Shown piece after piece: positions 34,944 to 45,651 of a DNA stretch of 64,000 nucleotides (positions are counted from its first letter, which is position 1; each line of letters opens with the position of its first letter). Source of the DNA: Vezdaea acicularis (taxonomy: Eukaryota). The stretch lies in assembly GCA_026025075.1 (NCBI GenBank), contig JAPEUI010000021.1:62001-126000 (forward strand), in the 5' to 3' direction. A program made the position numbers and the translations under genes. The notes under the pieces were generated by a model, which was not told the DNA's origin, made no database searches, and worked only from the letters and a program-made list of their open reading frames with translations.

Positions 34944-37553
34944 ATGGACGCATCACCACCGACCAATGTGATGATTGGCAGTGGGTCGGGCGGTAACGGT
35001 GGTGGCAGTGGTATGAGTAGCTCTCAACATTCGCCAACCAGCGCAAGAGCTGGCGGCAGCAAGAAGAGGAACAGAAGCATTGCTGGTTTTGGCGAAGGCT
35101 CACCCGGTAGTGGAGATGATGAAGACGAAGGGGAGGATGTGGACGGAAAGAGAAGAATGCCGGGTGTGAAGCGGTGATTAAACAGCATCCGAGTCAGGCT
35201 AGAATTGTAGCTAACGTTTGTCTCAAAAGCGCGTGCAACGAGTGCAGGCAACAAAAGGTACAAGCCCCTAACATTCTTTACTTCCCCTTCTCTACCCGAA
35301 TAGGGGCAAATTCAATTTACTGACAGCGTATCTGGGAGGGCAGTTGCGATGCGACGTTGTCCAAGACCCTTTCTCGTCATGCTCGCGATGCGTTCGTCTG
35401 CGACTCGGATGTAAGATTGAGTCGAATTTCAAGCGTGTTGGGAAGAGGAGCAAGAACGCGGAAATGGAACGAGAGATCGTTGAATTGAGAAGGCAATTGG
35501 CTTCCCAGTCAGCCCAGACATCACCGATACAGCTTAGCCATACTCCGTCAAGTCCAGGATTGATCAAGGCGGAAAATGGAACACTCTTCCAGAACCAGGC
35601 GCAACAGGACCAATACATGGGCAACCATGAAGCCGTAGCAAGCTTGCTGGATCTAAGGCAGGGCCATGATGGAAGCGGAGCTTATGGGAATAATGTTAAC
35701 GGATCTACGGCGGGATACAAAACACTCGGTGCCGTCTCATTAGGTCCGGCTCGAGTGGCCGAGCTTTTCAGCTAGTAAGTGAAACAGGCGCAGTACTCAA
35801 GAATCTCAGCCTTACCATATCTCTAGTTTCTGGACTTATTACCATCCGTGGCTGCCGATCCTGGATCCTGAAAGGCCACCAGATCATTATCTCGAGCTTT
35901 CTGAGCTTCTTTTCTGGACTATAATATCCGTTGCGGCACGCAGGTACCCCCCTGATACAAACCTCTTGAGCACCCTTAGTCCCGAAATGTCCAATCTGAT
36001 ATGGTCTCGCGTCGGGCGAGTCCCGCAGTCTTATCACATCGTGAAAGCAATGTGCCTCTTATGTACTTGGCCTCTACCTACTTCGAGCACATCTACGGAT
36101 GCCACACTCATGGTAGCAGGCGTAATGATGCACGTCGCAATGCATTTCGGGTTGCATAGACCAAGCCATGCGCAGGATTTCACGAAATTCAAAGTCGAGC
36201 TTAGGGAAGAGAACCTTTTGGATAGGGTGAAGACTTGGGCTGCTTGTAACATCGTTGCTCAAAGGTAAGTTTCCTTTTATTCATCAGCTGAGAATAGCCC
36301 CTCAACATCTCTATTCTAGTGTCGCTACAGGGTACGGTCAACCACCGTCAACTCTCTACGATTGGACCCTCGAACCTGATCCCAGCAAAGAATCAAGCTA
36401 CAGGCTTCCCGATGAGCTCGAGACGAGACTTCGAATAGAGAAATTTTGTGACAAAGTCACGAAGAGCCTATATAGCAACAGAATGGATCCTGTGGGCCTG
36501 ACTGGTGATGATCAAAGGACACCCACTATTAGCCTCCTGGTCAGAGAATGGGAAGACCTTGACCTTGAACTAGGTCAAAATATCTCTTGTACGTAATCCT
36601 GGGTCCGTATTTGTTCACGGATGAATATCGTACAGTATGTTGTAGTTGTATGATATTATACTAACATTGAAGTCGTAGCGTATAATAAAGTAGTCCTTCT
36701 CGCAGCGCTGTTCCATCTACGGCTCTCGGTCTTTTTCGATGGCCCTGAAACCAGTAATTATCGCCAAGAACTTCTTGCTCTTTATTTCTCAACGTCAAGA
36801 TTCCTTCGGGCGCTTTGGTCTATGGATTCAGCAACGAAATGGACCAGCTTGCCTTACGCCACAGGCTATATATTGCAAATGACAGTTGCCGCTGGCTTCA
36901 CCCTGCTGAAGCTACTTAACTCGTTCTTCGCGACTCACATTGATTTTGAAGATGGCAAGCGTCTATTCACAAACGCTATTATCATGATTAGAAAAATATC
37001 TGTACAGACTAACGACCTACCTTCAAGGCTGGCCGAGGTCCTGAGCCAAATGTGGAGAGGGAGTGTCGGAGGGGGCTACCGCGAGCGGACAAGTAATCCA
37101 CTTGCAATGACGAAAGGCGAGATGGACGGAACACTGCAACTTAAGGTCCGATGTCGCATGAGCATGAGCCTTGTCTTTGATAGCGTCTGGCGATGGCGGG
37201 AAGAATTTCAGGCTAAGGGCCATGGAAATCTCGACTGTAATTCACCGACCGAATGCTCTTGTATAGCGGCTAACAATCAGACAGCGGCGGTGAAAAACCC
37301 TACGAATCCCGAAAGTGCTGCTGAATCTTCAGCTTCATCGACCGCCGACCCATCTTTATCATCTAATCTTCCTATGACTTCTTTTGCACCGAATGCGTTG
37401 AGTTTGACACCAGGACCGGCGTTTCACGGGGCACAGCCGATGGAGGCTAATTACGAGGTTTTTGATCCATTAAGCTGGCATCTTGATGGGTTCATCGATT
37501 TTCCTTATCCAAGTTTCGCGGGCATCGACGGATCTTTAGGCGGAGTTGCTTAG
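34944..37553 (+). CDS. LEU3: Zn(II)2Cys6 transcription factor, Leu3/LeuB-like (multi-intron)
   Basis: Spliced KRACNECRQQK|LRCDVVQDPFSSCSRCVRLRLGCKIESNFKR, a fungal TF middle region, RCRMSMSLVFDSVWRWREEF, and an acidic/aromatic C-terminal activation tail. Confidence 0.82.
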
Positions 37554-38337
37554 CTTTTACATTCATTGGTTTTCACATTCACGCACTTTGGAATACTAAG
37601 AGGCGAATTTTGGCACTTAACGGAGTTTCCACGGTGTTGCGATAGGACTACTATCTAGCTCGGTACCCGAAATTGAACCGTCTCTTTTCTCTTTTGCACA
37701 TTCGAACTGCTTATTGCTCTCTTGCCTCTAGCTAACTTTGATTTCTACAATCACACCTTGCTGCTGCGGAGCAGATGGTCTTTCCTTACGTTCCACCGCG
37801 ATACCCCTCCTGCACGTCTTTGGTCCCACACTCCATCTTATGACCTAGGCATCCAAACATCCAAACCACGGTTCGCCCATCGCCACGGGACTCTAAACTC
37901 AAGATCACGATCTGCGATAAGGTTTCTCACCGCTGAGCCTTTTGCCCAGCGGCCGCCAAGCGCACTTGGCGATGCGCAACGTCCCGAAGGTGACGCAGGT
38001 ACTGGCTTGGCGATATATGTGGACCCACAAACGACCTCAACGCTCTGTGTTCCTTCCACAGCCATGAGGAGCATGTGCAACGACGATAAGCCTGGCCTTG
38101 GCCAGGTTTGCTGTGTCTCTCATCTTCTCTCAACTTTGTCGAGGCTGTTTCATACTGCGTCCCTCTACTGCATGACGAATTGGACCTTCATTCTCCAACC
38201 ATTGGGACGCTCGTTACTCACTGCTTGCTCAGGTCTTCTTACCACAAAATCACTGCAGGCCGCCCTCAGTTGAGCTTGGCACTATCGTCTCCTCTTGGTA
38301 GAGTCTTCTCTGCTGGAAGAGAAGCTCGAGTTTGCTT

Positions 38338-40030
38338 ATGGCTATGCACTCACCGAGTCAGGTTGGCTTTCAATTGTCACCCGTATCGAGGACTCCTTCC
38401 GTTAAAAATTCGAAACGTTCCACACTTGGGGGCCGAAACTCGACATTTTCATCAGATACTAACGCGGAATCATTGACACCAGTAGGAGGAGAGAAGAAGT
38501 CAACATGGCCGAAGGGCAAGAAGCCATACATCGCCTTATTCGGAGGTTTCTTACTCATGTTCAACAGCTGGTATACATTTACCTACGTCGATTCTGCGTG
38601 GCGAACTTCCTCAAGCACCTCACTAACCTCGTAATAGGGGACTGGTGAACACATACGGCACATTTCAGTCCTTCTATAAATCACATCTGCTATCCAAAAC
38701 TGCAAATGTGCTCATTCCCCTCATCGGCGGTACTCAAGCATTTTTCATCCTTCTCTTGTCCTTCATCGCTGGCCGTCTCCTAGATGCAGGCTTTCACAGG
38801 ATACTAGCCATTACGGGCGGGCTCCTCATTACGGGCGGGATGTTCCTGCTCAGTATATCGGCCGGAAGTGGAGGCAAGGATGAGGGCAAATACTGGGCCA
38901 TCTGGCTAAGCCAGGGGCTCATAGTCGGCCTGGGCATGGGCTGCTACTTTGTGTATAGCAGTCAAGTCGTGGCGAGCTGGTTCCCGCGAAGAAGAGGCTT
39001 TGCTATCGGTGTTGCAGCTAGTGGAGCTAGTTGTGGTGAGTCCTTCATACCTTCTTTCCTCCCTTCCTACATATCAGCGTATGACAGCGACTCGCTGCCG
39101 TACACCGCACTCCCGTACCCTCCTGCCGCTCCCACCGCTCCCACCCTGACGAGAGCTCTATTGACAATCCCTCATCCAACACCAGCCGGCCTTTGTTACC
39201 CCGTCATGTTCAAGTTTCTGGTTGCCCGCTACGGTTTCCCTATCGCCGTGCGACTCGTCGCAACAGTTGTCGGCCTCACCTGCATCCTCACTCTCTTCAC
39301 CGCTTTCCCGGATCCGTCAGCCCCCCTTCGCAAACCCACCACCTGGCTCTCCCTACGTGCCTGGGCCGACCTCCACGCCTTCAAAAGTAAGCCCTACGTC
39401 TGGTACGTTGCGGCCATCTCCTGGGTTTTCCTCGGCTTCTACCCCATCTTCTTCAATCTCGAGAACTGGGCTCAGTGGCGCGGCATTGGCGTCAAGGAGG
39501 ACGTGGCAGCGGGCACGGGCGGGTTAGCAGGCGAAGGAGGGTTCCGTACCTTCTACTTCCTGAGCATCATGAATGGGTCTAGTACGCTTGGCCGCGTTGG
39601 AGGAGCGTGGCTTGCGGATCGGTGGGGGGCCTTGAACGTCCACATCGTCATGACGTTCCTGGCGGGTCTTTTCATCATGACCTTCTGGGTGCTGACGAGT
39701 AATCTTGCAAGTGGGGTTGCGTTTGTCGTCCTTTTCGGAGCGGTGAGTGGGGCTGTCATAGGACTGCCGCCAGCCTGCGTGGCGAGCTTTTTGAGTGAGA
39801 ATGACCAAGATAGACTGGGACAGTGGACAGGCATGATGTACACCATCAGTGCACCGGCGGCGCTTGTAGGGCCAATCATTGCAGGGCAGCTGGTCATGAG
39901 TTTTGGGTACCTACCCATCTTTGGGTGGTCTGGGGGGTGCCTGTTGTTAGCATCTTTTTGCATGGTCGTAGCGAGATATCTGGCTGGAGGATTGAAGAAA
40001 TGGACGGCTATGGAGGTAAGCCTTACTTGA
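38338..40030 (+). CDS. MFS monocarboxylate-transporter (Mch-like) family protein; introns near 38571-38636 and at 39036-39185
   Basis: GGFLLMFNSW|GLVNTYGTFQSFY, AGRLLDAG, WFPRRRGFAIGVAASG, MNGSSTLGR, LADRWG, LVGPIIAG, with many hydrophobic helices. The start codon is uncertain. Confidence 0.88.
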
Positions 40031-40558
40031 ACTGTTATGAAGAAAATCTCTTGAAGTGTGGAGGTGGAAACCACTTCCAACATTCTCCCTATCCTTTTCC
40101 TATCCTTTTCCTATTCTTTGGGCTAGACGGCGTGACTAGATGGGCTAAATCGAAGATCCGGGTGCACACACGGTTAGACTAGCTGGGAAGAGGGCGTTCA
40201 TCAGATTTTCGACACCTGTAGACCTTATAACTGGACCATGATCGTGGCCCACGACAGAGAGCAGCTTCTTGTATTACTCACTGACCTCTTCGAGAGATTA
40301 ACCTTTGCGTTTTTATTACTCTACAATCATGGTCTAAATGTTTAGACTGTTACAAACACTCTTGAGATCATAACGATAGGTTAGCACATATACGTAGGAG
40401 CCAACTCTGCGGCCGTTCCAAGCTACGTCGCCGAGTCGGCCGTACAAGACCGTATAGTTCACTATATCTCCCAACGTCTCCCAAATGAACTTGGGCACGA
40501 TATGAAAGACCTAACAATGTTTGTGCTTTGAAGTCTATATGCAGTGCCATGCAATATC

Positions 40559-41676
40559 TTACACCGCCGGATCATAAGGCAACTTCCCCAACTTCTCCTC
40601 TAACAGCTGGAAACTGAGCTTCCACAGCGACTCGCCGAGAGCCACGTCCTGCGCCTGACTCGACGGATCGGTAACTTTACGGTCCGGCACAATCTATCAC
40701 ACACCAGTCAGCCATGTCCAAAGGAAAATACAAAACTCTCAAGAGTCGGAAATAGCACTCACATAAGCACCCTGAATCTTCTCCTTAACAACGTCCTCGC
40801 TCGTCGCCGCGAACAGAATAGAGCGGCATCCATTGTCGATAGGGTCTTTCATCAGTGGCCTCGTGGCGGCAACACCCACCTTCCCAAGCGTTCCATACGC
40901 ATCAACCGCCTGTTCCTGCTGGTCCGTATTCACGGCCCCCGGATGCGTCGCATTGACCCAGACTTCCTCCATACTCGAGAAGCCCAGCCGCTTACTCGCC
41001 ATACGCCTCGTGATCGCGCGCGTGACGAGTACCTGCGCAAGCTTCGTCCTATTGTACAGTCTCGCGGGGCCTAAATCTGTATTGATCTCCTTGAGGGAAG
41101 CAAACTCGATATCAGAGTTCGCAGCACGGTGGAGGTCGGACGACTGGAAAGCCAGGCGCGCATTAGGCGTTTTTTGGAGGGTGGGCAGGAGTTGCAAGGC
41201 GAGGTGCAGTTGTGAGAGGATGTTGACCTGGAAATGCGATTCGATGCCATCGACGGTCTCAGAGTATTTGCCGACGCCCAAGCCCGCGTTGAGGACTAAA
41301 GCGTCCAGACTGCTGAGGTCCCCCTTGAGCTTCTTGGCGACGCCGTCGGTCTCTTTGAGGTCGGCTAGATTGCACTTTACCCATTCGACTTTGCTCTCGT
41401 CGCCGTATTTCTTTAGGCCGGAGATGGCTTCGTCGGCGTGCTCCTCTTTTTGGCTGAGGAGGTAGATCTTGGAGGGTTTGTGCTGCAGAATATGTGCTAC
41501 GATGCCATAGCCGATTCCGGCGGAGCCCCCTGTCACGACGTAGGTCTTTAGGTTAGGTTAGTGATGTGTACGTGAAGTTATGAGGAGTTGGAGATTGGGA
41601 TGAGACGGACCTTGCCTGAGAGGTCGGGAATATCTGTGTTGGGGTCGAACTTGTTGCCCGTGATGAGAGAAGCCAT
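40559..41676 (-). CDS. Short-chain dehydrogenase/reductase (retinol-DH/WWOX-like), 2 introns
   Basis: DIPDLSGK|TYVVTGGSAGIG, LNAG, YNRTK (YxxxK), HPGAVNTDQ. Confidence 0.93.
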
Positions 41677-42110
41677 GCTGAAGTGTGATCGTTGCCTGAA
41701 GCCGTAAACGCTAAAACGTGAAAAGAGCTGTGTAGAACAAGTTTTAGAGCGGAGAAACATCAAAACGGTTATAAGACTCTTAAGGAACCCATGTCGTGAG
41801 ATTTCACGTCATATTTAGCCAACAGGAAATCATGACGACAGATAGGAACACCCGCGAGAACGGCCATGATATCATGACAGTTGAAACATGCGTCATGATG
41901 ATTATTTCTATGCTACCGAAGTAGTTTGAAACATGCATGTGCTACAGTAGAATAGGTGTCAGGAAATTGTGCCTCAAGCCTGAGAATAGCAATTGCAATG
42001 CAGCATGAGGTATCGTCTCGTCTCGTCACGCCAAAGCAAACCCGCGCAAAACCCACCCGATTTCCTAAACCCAATCGCCATAATTTACGCCCTCCCCAAC
42101 CGACCCCGGC

Positions 42111-44636
42111 CTAGCCTCCGCAGCCTCCTCCACAGCCTCCCCCGCAACCCCCACCACATCCTCCACCGCCGTCACTAGCGCCTCCGCCTCCGGTAGAGCA
42201 TCCACCTCCGCAGCCAGCAGCGACCCCCGCGCAGCCGCCGAAAGCGACGAAAGCGCCGCAAGTGCCAGCCGCGCATTCGGCTGCGCTTCCCTCAGTAGCT
42301 TGACAAGCAGGATTGCCTGCGAAGTAAGCTGGGTGAACCGGTGGCTGTCCATACGGTGCATCTGCCGGAAGCACATAGGCTCTACGGTCGTCGGCGTACG
42401 GAACCATTGTAGGAACAGATCCATCGATTGTGTCGTTGGGCCCTCTTACAAAACGGCCCTTCTTCGAGGCCCTAGCTACAGCCGCAGCATGCGCGACAGC
42501 AAGCACCTTGGCCCTATCATCTACCTCATGGCAGTCGCTGCGGGGAGCGATGGCGCTATGCGCCGAGACGTGATCTTCGCGCGATTGATCGAGGCCGTTG
42601 CAGCTGACACGTTGATTGAAATCATTGATAGCACGGGCTTTCGAGGTCTTGAAGACGGCGGAGAGTTTGGGAGCATGCGACTCGCGCACGGCTTCACAGT
42701 ACCAGCAGGTACATTCGCTGTAGACTTTTCCAAACATCCTTTGGTAGTTTTCCGAGGTGCGGGTGAAGGCGTGCGAGAGCTTAGACTCTGGGATCTTGTC
42801 ATCGTGGTCGATGAATCTTGCTTTTGCTTTGCGATTGCTATATGCGTAGTAGTCCACGGGACGGAGTTGGTGGGTGTGCCAGACAAGGTCGATAGAGAGG
42901 GTAGGTACGAGTGTCTCATCTGGCCATTTGCCCATCATGGTGAAGAATTGATCGTATCTCTCGATAAAGCGAGACATGGAGTAGGCACATGCTGGTGATT
43001 GAAGCCAGTTAATCTTGTGCATCTTCTTGATGAAGTTCCCTTGCCTAAAACAGGCCCCAACCAAATCAATGGCGAAGGGAGACGAATTTTCCCGATATGC
43101 CGATAGCTTTTCTACGTCAGTCAAGCCTTAATATCTCGTGTTCTTGGATTACTTACCATTTTCCTTGTCGCAATTCTAGCGCCTCTCGGTGGCCTGGTAT
43201 GTTTTAAAGTATTGGTCTTTTCTATCAGGGTCCCGTCTGCCATTGCTATAGAGAATAGGGCCCGTAGCTGTTGCATAGCGTTTCCGCCGGTCTCGTAGAC
43301 GTCCAAAACGTCCGACCGAATCGCCTGCTTGATCAGACGATCAGGGAATGTTGTTGGGTCATTGGCGGGAACACCCAACTGTCCTTTGTGAATAGTACAT
43401 GGCTGCGGCTTTCCGTCGACGTGCAGAAGGGTGCCTTTCATAGGAGTATCGTCCATGAGCAACGTGGCAACGTCCTTCTTGAATCGCCGAATCCTCAGAC
43501 TATCGTGTGTAATCCGATTCGTGCAGTGCCCCCTGACGCATGTTTTGGAGAAGTTGTTCGAGGCAATGCCTACATCTGCATCAAAGAATACAGTAGGCGT
43601 GGTATTCTGGATAGAACTTCCATCAAGCGTCGTCCAGGCACATCTGTTATCCTTTTTGCAACGACTGCATTCAGCCCGCTTATAAGATGGACTGAGCTCG
43701 CATAACCAAGGCATGCCAGTCTGGCTTTGCCATTGTGCCTGGGCATCTGCACTTGTAAAGTAGGTAAAGTTCGCGCTATTGATGCACGGGTCGACCACAG
43801 CCCACGGAAAGCCAGTAGCCCAGAGGTCCATCCGCCCGATTCTTAAGCAGTCTTCCAAGTAGCATCGCGGGTTCAGGAAGTGCGAATGCCATATCATCAA
43901 GACATCTATATTTATGTTAGCAGTTGTCCAAATGAACCATAGAGCTCTCTAGAGATGACCTGCTTCGACACAGATGGACTCTATTCCCCATGGCGAAATT
44001 TCAAGACTTACCAAGCGGAGGAAGATTTTCTGTAGAAAGTTCGAGGGGCCTTGCCTGCTCTAACATTCTCGCCATGCGTCCACTAGCATCCATATCCAAT
44101 ATCCTTACGCTCGTCCACCATGAGCGAGGAGAGCTTTGCAGGAACCACTTCTCATATCGATCCGCCGCCATAGTAAGAAAAATCGCCCATCTCTTCTCTC
44201 GGATCTTTTCCATTACCTCCGTATAGAGTGGGCTCACCTGCGAATTGGGTTTCCCCGGCTCTTGTTGCGCCCAGTTCCACTCATATACCCACCCTGGGTG
44301 ACTGGCCCAAGAGTCGTAGATGCCGAAAATGCCATCCTGACTAGATATCTGATCTCGGAGCTGCGAGAAGCATTCGAGGAGCTTCAGGTGGGCGATACAT
44401 TGCGCCGGGCTTGGTAGATCTCCTTTTCGAGGAGAAGGCTCCAGCCTGAGACCGGTAAGGTTGGCGGTCAAGTCTACAGCACGGGAATCCACACAGTATG
44501 GCGGCGGAGCTGAATCGTGACTTGACGGAGCAGAGAGGCCAACATCCTTTGTGTCCACAGCTAACTTGGACCGAATTGAGGAGAAGCTTTTCTTCTCCTT
44601 CAACTCGCCCTTCAACAGACTTGTCAAGCGTGACAT
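42111..44636 (-). CDS. Glycine-rich domain-containing protein (GRDP/DUF1399-like), 2 introns
   Basis: CIAHLKLLECF, LPPL|DVLMIWHSHFLNPRCYLEDC, LVPTLSIDLVWHTHQL, DHDDKI, YSECTCWYCE, and a (GGC)n tail. Confidence 0.85.
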
Positions 44637-45651
44637 GATTGCAGTGGTTGCGGGTAAGGTGATAGGAAAGCTGATCTAAGACAGCATAGCAAGCAGCAGC
44701 CTTATAAGCTTCAGGTAGATAAAATAGGGTGAGCGATTGTCTGGAGCCACAAGTAGCCTCAAGAGGCGCAAGTAGCCTCATAAGGCGTGGTGACAGGCAT
44801 TAATTGGCGCAAGGCGCATCGCGGAGAGTTTTTGCTGCGGCGTCGGACAGATATCTTGACTGAAAGTGGCAGGTGAGGGCGAGGGGCCACGCAGCCGCGG
44901 ATCCGATCAGCCTCCCTACGGCCCCCACATAAATAGCCCGGACAAGGCAAGAGCCTATGGCATCGCAGACTGCCGTCAGGTCCCCTTTCCAGGGGTCTTC
45001 ATTGGCCCTCAGTTGGTGCGTCTTATGTTTCATCCCTGAAACATTCTGGGCAATGTGCGCCGGCTACAGTAGTGTCCATTTCGTTGGTGCACGGCGATTC
45101 ATTACTTCGTTCATTACTACGACGCAATGACATTCCTCAATGTAATTGTTGATTGCTTTACGAGTGACGAGGTCGTAGAGGATACTTTGCAAACAATCTG
45201 ATGGAGCAGGAGGGAGAGCCTATGTCTGAGACAGCAAGATTTCACACCCTTGGAGTTTCAGATAGACCTTGCCTCAAAGCCTCTTAATGTTCACGTGCTT
45301 CTTACGAGCTTTTTAATTGACTACTGCCAGATAGGGGATTAGGACACCGATCAGCTCTTGCCTGATGTGAGAAGGCATGATATAATGTTTTCCACCAAGT
45401 TTGCCCGTAGCGGGACATCTACAGAGCTTCTCCAACAGGAATCGATCCAACTTCCATCACGTCTCGAGACAGGCTCAATCAACGCGAGAGAGTCCAATAG
45501 TTGACGCCGCCCTGCACCGTCTTCGAGAATAAATAAGAATGAAAAGTAGGCCCACGGGTATCAAAAGAAATGTGCAAAAACAAAGGCCCTAGGCAAATCG
45601 AGCACCTTCCGCCGACGGAGGAACGGCTGCCAAGAGAGAAGTTCTTTGAAA

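Noticed and set aside
41548..41561. TTAGGTTAGGTTAG telomere-like repeat
   Set aside because: It is the reverse complement of tandem CTAAC branch-point sequences at the 3' end of SDR intron 1.
34944..41676. Zn2Cys6 TF + MFS + SDR read as a secondary-metabolite or catabolic gene cluster
   Set aside because: The TF is a Leu3/LeuB-like general regulator, there is no backbone enzyme (PKS, NRPS or terpene synthase), and I saw no CCG-N4-CGG sites by eye, so the adjacency is probably incidental.
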